Origin: a virus
Taxonomy: Duplodnaviria; Heunggongvirae; Uroviricota; Caudoviricetes
Virus record (IMG/VR): IMGVR_UViG_3300049919_000418
Location: 22,928-86,927 of that record
Length of the DNA stretch: 64,000 nucleotides
Strand: one strand, 5' to 3'
Under the pieces are notes generated by a model. That model ran no database searches and was not told the origin of the DNA. It saw only the letters and a program-made list of their open reading frames with translations. The position numbers and the translations under genes are program-made. Of the stretch, positions 19,149 through 28,136 are shown one piece after another; position 1 is the stretch's first letter; every line of letters begins with the position of its first letter.

Positions 19149-20309
19149 TTATTTAATATCTGCCAATTTGAGATAGATTTTTTGAGTTTGGATAGACACG
19201 CTATTTAACCAAATAATTTCCTCCGTTTTCTCGCCCATGATGAAAACAACGTCGCCCACATCGGGGTCAGGAAACTTCGCTGCAAAATTATCGTATTTCT
19301 CACCAACAATCATCGCGTCGAAATGTCCCGTTTCATCTTGAACAACAAGCTTCAAATACTTGTTTCCGCGCCCGCTAACGCCTTTCTTGACTTCAGCAAC
19401 CTCAAATACGCCCTCAATCTTTTGCTTCCCGTAGAGATTTTTGATTTGTTGGATATTTTTGATCGATGGGCGTTCGCTGACGAAAACACTTTTCAGGTTT
19501 GACGAATAGGAGAATCCGAGAATTTTCTTTTCGTAGTAATATGAAGCAAGTCGGGCGTTCTTTTTATTTTGGAAATAGATTTCTTTGTATTTCTCACAAT
19601 GCTTGCGAATTGTCTCAAGCCTTGTTTTCGCCGCGATCTTTTTGCCCGCATCATTTACCCATGAATGAATGTTCTTCACCATAAGTAAAAGGTTATATTC
19701 ATAATCCTGTCCGCGTTCAAGACAGAAAACTTTTTCCTTGTCGGTTAATTTACCCCATACTTGAGCTTCAAAAACAAGGGTTTCCCGGTCTGGAGAAACG
19801 TTGCTTAACATTCCCGATTGGATCATGGCGCAAACAACACCAACGTTCAACTTGCAGTTTTCGGCAGCGCTGAAAACCTCAAACTTGTTCGTCTTTGGAG
19901 AAACCAAAAAGGATTTCATCGCAGAAAGTGATTTTTCACTCACACCCTTGATACTTGAGAACCCATAGCGAATGTTGTCGCCTTCGATTGTAAAGTTTTC
20001 CTTACTATTGATTAGATCGGGCGGCAGCAACTTGATGTTGAAGAACGCTAGCTCTTGTTGGATACGAGCAACGTGGTCTTGACTGTCCGCCTTATTTTCA
20101 GCCATTCTAAGGCACTCAGTATAAAAGTGTTGTGGATACTTATATTTCAAATAAAGGGTTAGGGCCGAAAGGTGAGAATAGGCTGCGGCGTGAGAGTTAG
20201 AAACAACGATTCCGTTGGCATAAAAGTTATGATCCTTACTGTCTATTTCCAAGTCGTAGCTTTCCTTGTCCTCAATTTCTTTAAATGTAATAATTTTTAT
20301 CTTTTTCAT
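19149..20309 (-). CDS. dnaE: DNA polymerase III alpha C-terminal fragment with N-terminal split intein C-half
   Basis: ATG at 20309 (TGATG overlap); 38-aa IntC ending HNFYANGIVVSN, then extein SHAAAYS; HhH (IRYGFSSIKGV) and OB fold follow. Confidence 0.9.
   Translation of the reverse strand: MKKIKIITFKEIEDKESYDLEIDSKDHNFYANGIVVSNSHAAAYSHLSALTLYLKYKYPQHFYTECLRMAENKADSQDHVARIQQELAFFNIKLLPPDLINSKENFTIEGDNIRYGFSSIKGVSEKSLSAMKSFLVSPKTNKFEVFSAAENCKLNVGVVCAMIQSGMLSNVSPDRETLVFEAQVWGKLTDKEKVFCLERGQDYEYNLLLMVKNIHSWVNDAGKKIAAKTRLETIRKHCEKYKEIYFQNKKNARLASYYYEKKILGFSYSSNLKSVFVSERPSIKNIQQIKNLYGKQKIEGVFEVAEVKKGVSGRGNKYLKLVVQDETGHFDAMIVGEKYDNFAAKFPDPDVGDVVFIMGEKTEEIIWLNSVSIQTQKIYLKLADIK
20196..20309 (-). 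mobile_element. Split intein C-half (38 aa)
   Basis: MKKIKII...SYDLEI..DHNFYANGIVVSN followed by +1 Ser. Confidence 0.85.
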
Positions 20310-22630
20310 CAAATATGTTTCCAAGATTTGCGCTTACAAATAGACCAAGCATTATCATAGGTTATTCCGTGGCTAAGTGATATGTTTTTGATTCGTTCGC
20401 CAGATAAAAATTTTCTTCTAATTTCTATTACGTCCGAGTCCGCTAGCTTTGCCATGTTGTGTTTTGCGCCCCTTAAAACGGGTAGAGCGTTATTGTATTT
20501 ATTTAAACCCGTGGAAAATGCATGTCGATTATTGTCCCTCACGCTAATCCATTCTAAATTTTCTACACAGTTGTTAGTTTTGTTTCCGTCTTTATGATTT
20601 ACTGATGACAATTTTTTAACATTAGGCAGAAATGCTTCTGCAACAAGCCTATGGACAAAAAATCTTTTTCTTCCGTGTGTCGTGGTCTGCAACATGACTT
20701 TGTGATATCCGTCCTTTTCCAATTCAGGCTTCATTATTGACCCCCCATAGATTCTCAGTCCAACCCTCCCCCGTCTGGGGAGACTCTTGATGGTTCCCTT
20801 ATTTGATATTTCATAATAATTTTTATACCCCATAACAGGCTTGAAAACCTCAAGGTTTTCGCAAATTACTTCTAAATCCTTTTCAACAATAAGCTTTATT
20901 GGTAGCATACCCTCGTCTGTTAGAAATTTATGCTCCATAGAACACTTTATTGTTCTTCCGTCCTCAAAAGTGAATTCAAAAAGCTTGGATTCACTTCTCA
21001 TTACATCAATCGCCTCTACCCAAACATGGCGCGAGTCTTCGACACTAAACCCTTTTACCCTCTCACCTATTGAAACGTCCCTAATTGGCTTATTTCCATT
21101 CGGGGTCTCGACTTCAGTTTCCGGCGAAAGGCATTTATTAAAGGAGTAGTTAGCCGACTCGTTTAGCAAGTCCCAAAAAAACTTCGCTAGCTCTTTTGGC
21201 ATTTGTCTTTTCTCTGCCGCCGAAAAAATCTTAGCTTCCCACTCTTTTACTTTTTCAACCTGTTTTTTACCAATGATTTTTCTTAAAACTTCCGCCTCAT
21301 CAAGAGAGAAGCCAAAGACTTCTGAGCATATTTTCATCGTAGTCTCCTGATATATAGGAACTCCGTGGGTTTTTCCCAGTAGTTCGCGCATTTTTGCGTT
21401 GCCCCAATAGTCATTATATTCGTTTTTAATGTAATCATCCACGTATGCTAGGCTTCCGGGCCTTGCTAAAGAAACCACTGCACTAAGCTCCTCCCAATTC
21501 TGAGGCTTTACTTTTTTAAATACCCTGTAGTTAGCATCCGCACCAATTTGGAACAATCCGTATGGCAAGTCGCCCTCTTCTGAAAGTTGATAGATTTCAG
21601 GGTTGTTGGGGTCAAAATTATCAAAACTAATTCCAAGACTTTTCTCAATTCTTGAAACAAGTGTTACGCCGTGAAGCCCAAGCAAGTCCAGCTTGATGGT
21701 TTCCTTCTGCGCGTAACTCATATCAAACGAGCAAACAACTTCGCCGTTTAGATCGAGTTCGCACGGAAGATATTGGTCAAAATCATAATATCCGATAAGA
21801 TACGCAGAAGCGTGACTGCCCTTTTGGCGCATCATGTCTTCAACAACCTTGGCGCACTCTATGATTTCAGGGTTCTCTTCCGCGAACTGCGCGAAAACCT
21901 CGCTCGCCTCGATACTATCAACAATGGAAAGCGGCTGGCCGTATTTGACCGGAATTGTTTTTGTTAAAACGTTCAGTTCGTCTTCTGTAAAGCCACCATG
22001 AATTTTACAAACGTCCTTAATGGCCGCTCGTGTTGCCAACGTAGAAATGGTTGGAAGCTTGCAGAATTTGCCGCTGTATTTATTTTTTAAGTAATTAATT
22101 ACTTCTTCGCGTCGATCTGTGCAAATGTCAAGGTCAACGTCTGGAGCCATGTCGCCGTCAATGTATCTAACACCATCAATGATTTGACTTTTCGCCCGCG
22201 TGCGAGATACAAACCGCTCAAAGATAAGGTCATTCTGAATTGGATCAATTCCTGTCACCCCAATGAGATACAAGATTAATGAACCCGCCGCGCTTCCACG
22301 GCCTTTTCCGACTGGAATATCATTTTCGTGGCAAAAGTTAATAACGTCCCAAATTAGAATAAAATAATCTGAAAAGCCAATCTCACTAACGATTTCATAC
22401 TCGTATTTTAAACGAGTCATATACTCTTTTTTCCCAGTTAAGCCTTTTGACTTAATTCCGTTACGGCACAGAATTTTAAGGAACTCTTCGTTGTCGGTGG
22501 ACTCATCAATACCTAATTTCGCGTAATAGTGATGCGGAATGATAATTTTTGGCAACCTAACGCCTTTAACGTCGAAAGTTACGTCTTGAAAATCATCGAA
22601 AAATGAATCCTTAATTAAGGTCGAGGGCAT
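20309..22630 (-). CDS. dnaE: DNA polymerase III alpha catalytic fragment + intein N-half + in-frame NUMOD4-HNH endonuclease
   Basis: GRGSAAGSL, PDVDLD, HAS, KLDLLGL, YSFNK/CLSPETEV; C-terminal YEISNKG...VHRLVAEAF...VNHKDGNKTNNCVENLEW. Confidence 0.9.
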   Translation of the reverse strand: MPSTLIKDSFFDDFQDVTFDVKGVRLPKIIIPHHYYAKLGIDESTDNEEFLKILCRNGIKSKGLTGKKEYMTRLKYEYEIVSEIGFSDYFILIWDVINFCHENDIPVGKGRGSAAGSLILYLIGVTGIDPIQNDLIFERFVSRTRAKSQIIDGVRYIDGDMAPDVDLDICTDRREEVINYLKNKYSGKFCKLPTISTLATRAAIKDVCKIHGGFTEDELNVLTKTIPVKYGQPLSIVDSIEASEVFAQFAEENPEIIECAKVVEDMMRQKGSHASAYLIGYYDFDQYLPCELDLNGEVVCSFDMSYAQKETIKLDLLGLHGVTLVSRIEKSLGISFDNFDPNNPEIYQLSEEGDLPYGLFQIGADANYRVFKKVKPQNWEELSAVVSLARPGSLAYVDDYIKNEYNDYWGNAKMRELLGKTHGVPIYQETTMKICSEVFGFSLDEAEVLRKIIGKKQVEKVKEWEAKIFSAAEKRQMPKELAKFFWDLLNESANYSFNKCLSPETEVETPNGNKPIRDVSIGERVKGFSVEDSRHVWVEAIDVMRSESKLFEFTFEDGRTIKCSMEHKFLTDEGMLPIKLIVEKDLEVICENLEVFKPVMGYKNYYEISNKGTIKSLPRRGRVGLRIYGGSIMKPELEKDGYHKVMLQTTTHGRKRFFVHRLVAEAFLPNVKKLSSVNHKDGNKTNNCVENLEWISVRDNNRHAFSTGLNKYNNALPVLRGAKHNMAKLADSDVIEIRRKFLSGERIKNISLSHGITYDNAWSICKRKSWKHI
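20855..21133 (-). mobile_element. Split intein N-half (93 aa)
   Basis: CLSPETEV...IKCSMEHKFLT...LPIKLIVEKDLEV closely mirrors the cyanobacterial DnaE IntN layout. Confidence 0.85.
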
Positions 22631-23222
22631 ATTTTAATTTATTAAAAAGTTTTAAATTTAATTCAATGTCATAAAGCGCGTTATGCGTTTTTGTCTCGTC
22701 AACCTCAATATCGTTTCTTTTACAACAGGCCGCAAGGCTTCCCTTAAATGATTTATCGAATTTTGCGAGGTGTTTATACTGCCAAGCTAGCCACTCGTAT
22801 TTATCTTTTGGCGGTGGCGACTCATAATGTTGAGCGCGGGCAATGCAAAGCGTATCGTAAAATCGGTAAACAATTTTCTTAAAATCTAACTTACGGCCCG
22901 CATACTTATATAATGTGGCAAGCATAAAAATGTCAAATCCAAGAATATTATGGCCAATTAAACGATTATTTTCATTCATCAAATAAGGCTCAATATCGTC
23001 AATAACATCATTCGCGGGAATTTTAATTTGATTATATTTGTCTATATTAAATCCGGTAATTCGGGCCGCGTCCTTGCCAACATTCAAATCATGGATATCG
23101 ATGTGGTGATTGACGCTTTTTTTAATTTTGCCGTTTTCCTCAAAAATAAAGGCTAACTGCCAAGGTCTTGATAGGCCAAGCGAAAGCGACTCTGTTTCAG
23201 TGTCTAGGACTAAGTTATTCAT
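22611..23222 (-). CDS. DEDDh 3'-5' exonuclease (DnaQ/epsilon-like)
   Basis: VLDTETE, IGHNILGFD, YDTL, THNALYD. Confidence 0.9.
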   Translation of the reverse strand: MNNLVLDTETESLSLGLSRPWQLAFIFEENGKIKKSVNHHIDIHDLNVGKDAARITGFNIDKYNQIKIPANDVIDDIEPYLMNENNRLIGHNILGFDIFMLATLYKYAGRKLDFKKIVYRFYDTLCIARAQHYESPPPKDKYEWLAWQYKHLAKFDKSFKGSLAACCKRNDIEVDETKTHNALYDIELNLKLFNKLKYALDLN

Positions 23223-23224
23223 AG

Positions 23225-23824
23225 TTATAAAAGCTTGAATTTTTGATCTAGGAAAATCTCAAAAGACGGAGATTTAACTTTATCGATTAAGCCAACCTTT
23301 ACCGCGTTAGACGGAGAATAGTATAAGTCGGCGTTGCCATTTTGTTTCAATTCTTCTTTAAAAAACCCTTTTGAATTTCCAGAAAGCTTGTCAAGGATCG
23401 AGAATAATTTTTCGTTTAACTCAACAATATTGTCCATATCGTTAAGCATTTCACTGCTTTTGCCAAAGGTTCCTGCTGACATTTCATGAACTAAAACCGA
23501 ACTGTTTTTTGAGGCAAATCGAAATCCCGGTGTTCCAGCGGCAAGAAGAACTGAACCGCATGAAAATGCTTTTGTGTTGGTGAAGGTGCAAATATTTTTA
23601 TTTGACCTTTGGATAACGTCAAGCATGCCGAGAAGCGAGTAAACACAGCCTCCCGGAGAATCGATTTGTATCGGAATTATTTCTTGGCCAGAAGATTCGG
23701 CGTATATAAAATCTTTAGTGAATTCTTCAAGACTAATTTCGCTAAACTTTCTAACCAAAATTATTTTCGGATGCTTTTCAAGCGGGTCTGACTTTATATT
23801 AAAGTGTTTATTTAGAGTTAACAT
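23225..23824 (-). CDS. clpP: ClpP-like serine protease
   Basis: IDSPGG, AFSCGSVLLAAG, VLVHEM, DLYYS. Confidence 0.85.
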   Translation of the reverse strand: MLTLNKHFNIKSDPLEKHPKIILVRKFSEISLEEFTKDFIYAESSGQEIIPIQIDSPGGCVYSLLGMLDVIQRSNKNICTFTNTKAFSCGSVLLAAGTPGFRFASKNSSVLVHEMSAGTFGKSSEMLNDMDNIVELNEKLFSILDKLSGNSKGFFKEELKQNGNADLYYSPSNAVKVGLIDKVKSPSFEIFLDQKFKLL

Positions 23825-24542
23825 GATTTAAGTAGCTTTCGAAGCTAAATTCCTTACTGTGACAATGATCAAACATTGGATTTTCTAAACTTCTGTTTTT
23901 CCCTTTGTTCGAAAAATTCAAACAGCATCGGTAGGTTAACCAAGTTTTAAAGTCGGCGTTTTTTTCGTAAAAAATACTTTTAACCAATGTTTTGTTATCT
24001 GGAATCTTCGAGGCAACAAGATCGTCAAATGGAAGTCCGTTGTCTTCGTGGAAAAATGTATGCTCAACGTTTCCAAATTCAGGCAGGCAAAAGGTTTCAT
24101 ACATTGTGTTGCGAAACAGGTAGCTATCGTAAAACGGGATTGCCAGTTTTAAGTTTTCTGTCCAATGCTTTTCCATAACCTCCGCTGTAATAAAACCGCC
24201 GAAATCAATGTTTGATACATTGTGGATCTTAATTAAATCTTTGTAGCCTTGTGTATTTTTTACAAAGACAACAACCCTGTGCCAATTGTTTGCATTGTCA
24301 GGATTATTCTCGTGAACGAATCGATAGTTAAGCCCGAAACGCGGCGAAAGGCCAAGGGGAACCAAATTTTGAAACAGTTCCGCAACTCCCGTCATTTTGG
24401 TATCAACCACAACCGGGCTTTGGATTTCGTTGTCGAGACAAATCGTAGCGATACTTTGCTTGTGATTTTTCAGAGCCTTTTCGGGCTTTTCAAATGTTAA
24501 CAAACTTTTTCCACTGTATTGTGAATAGAAAATCGGGGTCAT
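23808..24542 (-). CDS. Stand-alone PHP domain of DnaE
   Basis: YS..SLL, VVVDT.M.GV, P.FGL, RVVVFVKNTQGYKDLIKI match the DnaE N-terminal PHP layout. Confidence 0.7.
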   Translation of the reverse strand: MTPIFYSQYSGKSLLTFEKPEKALKNHKQSIATICLDNEIQSPVVVDTKMTGVAELFQNLVPLGLSPRFGLNYRFVHENNPDNANNWHRVVVFVKNTQGYKDLIKIHNVSNIDFGGFITAEVMEKHWTENLKLAIPFYDSYLFRNTMYETFCLPEFGNVEHTFFHEDNGLPFDDLVASKIPDNKTLVKSIFYEKNADFKTWLTYRCCLNFSNKGKNRSLENPMFDHCHSKEFSFESYLNHVNSK

Positions 24543-24545
24543 TAT

Positions 24546-24743
24546 TTATTGTTTTTCTTTTTTTCCAAAACACCCTTTTTGGCCGTAACTGCCCGTGTGT
24601 TTTCCTGATTTGCGGCGCGGCTCAGGTTCCTTTATGTGTTCATCCGGCCAATTCACTTCAAGCATGGTGTCAGTGCCGCAGGTTCCCACATCGTTATAAG
24701 TAACTGTTGTTAAAGTTGATGGGGTGTGTGATGTAGCAAACAT
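24546..24743 (-). CDS. Small hypothetical protein
   Basis: 65 aa, TAATG-coupled within the operon. Confidence 0.4.
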   Translation of the reverse strand: MFATSHTPSTLTTVTYNDVGTCGTDTMLEVNWPDEHIKEPEPRRKSGKHTGSYGQKGCFGKKEKQ

Positions 24744-25711
24744 TATTTAAATTTATTCCAAGCGGGACACCCAGCGAAGTATTTCTGCACGATAGTATCG
24801 CCTTCGCTCATTTTGTCAAGCGAATCCTTTTCTTTTTTGGATGTATATTTAATTTTTCCTTCCGATGATTTAACCTCCCAATAAAGAAACGGTCGCTTGA
24901 AGCTACAGACCCAAGCGGGGCTTCCATCTTTTTTTAAATCGCCGGGCTCTTTTCCGCATAAAAAATAATTTTCATTGTTTTTCGCAAAATTGGAACAAGC
25001 TTTTTTATTGTTAAAATTTGTTAAATATTTGTAAATCTCTGCAAGATAATATTCAAACCCCCTTAATGTTTTTTCGCTATATTGAAAACTTTGAATTGGG
25101 CCTTTTGGGCTTCTTTTAGTGATTGGGAATTTCAAAAAGATAAAATTAACAAAGAAATTCTTATAGCCCCCTTCTTTCCACATGGCGAGGGCATACATAA
25201 GACCCTGAATATTCATTTCAAGGTCTTTCCCTGAGAACTTCATTTTGGAGGTTTTATAATCGTCAATACGGACGTTCTGTCCGCAATGAGAGAGCGCATT
25301 TTTATCAATAAATCCGAGCACCCGGTATTCGGGGCTTGCATTCTCAATACAAAATTTCATTTCCGGCTCACGAAGCTTCCAACCCTCACAAAGAAAATCG
25401 CTCGCAAGCCCAACCTTAATGAAATTTTCCATCAAGGACATGTCTTCCTCATTTTCGATCCCAACAGTTTTAGCGTTTTTCAAAACCAGTCGGTGAATGT
25501 TTGGACAGCCCGCAAATCCTGTTTTTTGAAATTTTTCTATTAAATAATGTCGCCTTGGGTTTTGTATGCACTCCAAAACTAAGTGAACTATGGTTCCCCG
25601 CTTGCTGCCGGAATTTCCTTCGTCCATAGACCTAAAGCCTAAATTGTAGGTGCAATGATAACTCCAACTACAGGTTTTAAACGTTTTTATTCTGCTCGCG
25701 CTTAGGAACAT
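24743..25711 (-). CDS. PD-(D/E)XK nuclease (RecB/AddB/Cas4-like)
   Basis: LSASRIKTFKTC, GTIVH, GFIDK...IDDYKTSK, QGLMY, C-terminal Cys residues. Confidence 0.85.
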   Translation of the reverse strand: MFLSASRIKTFKTCSWSYHCTYNLGFRSMDEGNSGSKRGTIVHLVLECIQNPRRHYLIEKFQKTGFAGCPNIHRLVLKNAKTVGIENEEDMSLMENFIKVGLASDFLCEGWKLREPEMKFCIENASPEYRVLGFIDKNALSHCGQNVRIDDYKTSKMKFSGKDLEMNIQGLMYALAMWKEGGYKNFFVNFIFLKFPITKRSPKGPIQSFQYSEKTLRGFEYYLAEIYKYLTNFNNKKACSNFAKNNENYFLCGKEPGDLKKDGSPAWVCSFKRPFLYWEVKSSEGKIKYTSKKEKDSLDKMSEGDTIVQKYFAGCPAWNKFK

Positions 25712-25712
25712 A

Positions 25713-26006
25713 TCAACAACTTGGAGTTCCGGTATTTTCGTTGCTAAAAAATGCTCCCTCGGTTTTAAACGAATACATATCTAATTTATCCAAACCTTCA
25801 TTGTAGGGGGCGGGATTTACCTGTGAACAATATCTTCTGGGCTCTAGCTTTGTAATTGTTGGCAATGGCTCACGAGTTGGAGTAACTTTGTTAAAAACCA
25901 AATCAAGGTGATCCTTAATTACTTTAACTTGAGTTTCATTTAAAACTGTAGCTCCAGAAATTTCAAAATATCCATTAATCCAATATGCGAACTGTTCTGA
26001 ATTCAT
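25713..26006 (-). CDS. Conserved phage hypothetical protein
   Basis: MNSEQFAYWINGYFE...QVKVIKDHLDLVF motif, common in phages. Confidence 0.6.
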   Translation of the reverse strand: MNSEQFAYWINGYFEISGATVLNETQVKVIKDHLDLVFNKVTPTREPLPTITKLEPRRYCSQVNPAPYNEGLDKLDMYSFKTEGAFFSNENTGTPSC

Positions 26007-27259
26007 AGTGAGTCAATATAATAATGGTTAACGGATTTGAGTCCGGTCTTATCGATAATAAGACAATTTTGACGGGCACGGGAATGTAAATTAAGGTTAT
26101 CGGAATATTGGTCGCCCATTGGTAATGCGCCCATCATAATGAATTCAAAATCATTAAATTCGTGATGCTCCCAATGGTGCTTGTCGTTTTGGATAAAAAT
26201 TGCGCTATTGCACTCACTATATATACTGCTTTTCGCCAAGATTAAACTTTGAACATAGCTTTCTCTGGGTTTTCCGCCGCTTGGAACATCCGCTTTGAAT
26301 TGGGCACTCGCTCCGTGATCCAAAATAACCATTGTATTGGAAATTTTGAAAACAGCAGTTCTGTTGCTATAGACATTAATTTCTATGGTTTTTACCGCCC
26401 TAAAATAGCCCTTAAGGGCCATAACAACCGGATAATCGTAACTCCCCCCATGATTTCCCTGAACTGAATGCACGACTATTTTTCCAAAAACCTCGTTAAG
26501 CTTACCGACAAAGCTATAGAGAATTTCCAATATTGCATCGCATTGGGTGGCCCTATAACAATCAACCTCAAGCTGAGTCCCCTTCTCTGTCGCCCCTCTA
26601 AGACCATGAAATAAGTCACCTCCAAGAATACACACGCACCCCTCAAATCCTACTTTGTCATTTTTAACATCTTCGACAATTTTACTTAAAAGTTTACCTA
26701 GAGCTTCTTTCGCTTTTTCTGTGCTCCATCCGACTTGCCTATATAAGTCTCTTTCGTCGGCAACCAAACCAATCTGAAGATCATTTAAAGACACAACAAA
26801 ATATCGCCCATTTTTATTAATTTGGTTTGCCGCAATTTTTAACGATTCCCTTGGTTTAAAATTATTTAAACTTTTTTCGAATGGGTTCAATACTCCACTT
26901 TGGAAGTTTTGCCAACTTTCTGCATCTTTTTTAATTTTTTCAATATAAAAGTCTTGTGCTTTTTCAAGTGCTGCCGCTTTGCGCTCAACGATAACACGCG
27001 CAAGATCATCTTCACTCAATTCCAAAACTTCCTCGTCGGACACTGGAACGGAATCCCTTGTAAACCCAAGTGCCCTGCGGTAAGACTCAAAGCCTGATTT
27101 GCTGAATCCGTATTTTAAACAGATATTTTCGACGCTTGTTTTATTGGCACAATAATCAACAATTAAATTCTTATGTAAATCGCGGCCAAGAGAAAGTTTG
27201 CTTCCATTTTTCAGCGTTATTGTGTATCCGTTTTCAGTTAGTTCGTATTTTTTTGACAT
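26003..27259 (-). CDS. Calcineurin-like metallophosphoesterase with N-terminal HTH-like region
   Basis: LNDLQIG, GGDLFHG, VQGNHG, DHG, DKHH; likely start MSKKY at 27259. Confidence 0.75.
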   Translation of the reverse strand: MSKKYELTENGYTITLKNGSKLSLGRDLHKNLIVDYCANKTSVENICLKYGFSKSGFESYRRALGFTRDSVPVSDEEVLELSEDDLARVIVERKAAALEKAQDFYIEKIKKDAESWQNFQSGVLNPFEKSLNNFKPRESLKIAANQINKNGRYFVVSLNDLQIGLVADERDLYRQVGWSTEKAKEALGKLLSKIVEDVKNDKVGFEGCVCILGGDLFHGLRGATEKGTQLEVDCYRATQCDAILEILYSFVGKLNEVFGKIVVHSVQGNHGGSYDYPVVMALKGYFRAVKTIEINVYSNRTAVFKISNTMVILDHGASAQFKADVPSGGKPRESYVQSLILAKSSIYSECNSAIFIQNDKHHWEHHEFNDFEFIMMGALPMGDQYSDNLNLHSRARQNCLIIDKTGLKSVNHYYIDSL

Positions 27260-28136
27260 ATTGTTTTCTTTGCGATTCCTCCATATCCCCCCAATCGCCA
27301 TTGGGCGGCAGACAGATTTTAATTATATTTTCGTCAATTACCTTAGAAAGTTTCATTTTGATTCCCTCTGCCGCAAGAGCGCCCCAATTTTTTTCTTTTT
27401 CTTTGTCGTTATTTGTGGATACGAATATCCGTTTTAAATTTAATGTTGATAGAATATTTAAAACCTTTGGGGAAAGATCAATTCCAAACAGCACTATAAC
27501 ATTCTTTACACTAATTTCGTAAAGGGCGAGCGCGTCTCCGACACTTTCCACCAGAAAAACCTCCTGCTCTTCCTGAGCGTTGTCAAGCGAAGCAAGCGGA
27601 AAAATCCACTTTCGCGAATCTCCTAACTTTTTCCATTTAACTCTGCCGCCGATAAGGTCGCGCCCAACAACTCCAATTACATCGCCCTCTTCATTGCGAA
27701 TTACAAAGACAAATCTATTGCTTTGTTTTCCAGAAAAACAGACTCCGCATTCAAAATTATTTAATGTTTCCGGCGAGATTCCGCGCTTCTCGTAAAACGA
27801 GAAATGTGGCATCAGGCCCGTAACATACTTCATATCAATCTTCTTGTCAAGCTTTATTTTCGGTTTTTTCTCAATTGTGCTAGGCGAATACCCTTCGTTT
27901 TTCACCCAATCCTTCGCCTCTTTAATGGAGGTTAAACCGAGGGAGAGTTGAACGAGTTCAAAAAGGTTCCCTTTAATATTTGCCGCAAAATCGACAAACG
28001 AACCGTATTCCTTGGAGATACGAAGCGACGAAGCGTTGGAGCTTTCCCGGTAAACCGGGATCGCTCTCCAGAAACTCGCGCTTTCGTTTCTCAGGTCGAA
28101 ACCTAATTTTGTTAAAAGATCTTCAATATCTGTCAT
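27234..28136 (-). CDS. dnaG: DNA primase (TOPRIM)
   Basis: RFVFVIRN..G.VIGVVGR, FLVESVGDAL, TNND; adjacent to DnaB. Confidence 0.85.
   Translation of the reverse strand: MTDIEDLLTKLGFDLRNESASFWRAIPVYRESSNASSLRISKEYGSFVDFAANIKGNLFELVQLSLGLTSIKEAKDWVKNEGYSPSTIEKKPKIKLDKKIDMKYVTGLMPHFSFYEKRGISPETLNNFECGVCFSGKQSNRFVFVIRNEEGDVIGVVGRDLIGGRVKWKKLGDSRKWIFPLASLDNAQEEQEVFLVESVGDALALYEISVKNVIVLFGIDLSPKVLNILSTLNLKRIFVSTNNDKEKEKNWGALAAEGIKMKLSKVIDENIIKICLPPNGDWGDMEESQRKQYVKKIRTN

Noticed and set aside
24743-25711. cas4 / CRISPR-Cas system
   Set aside because: No array or other cas genes; this is a solo PD-(D/E)XK nuclease in the replication module.
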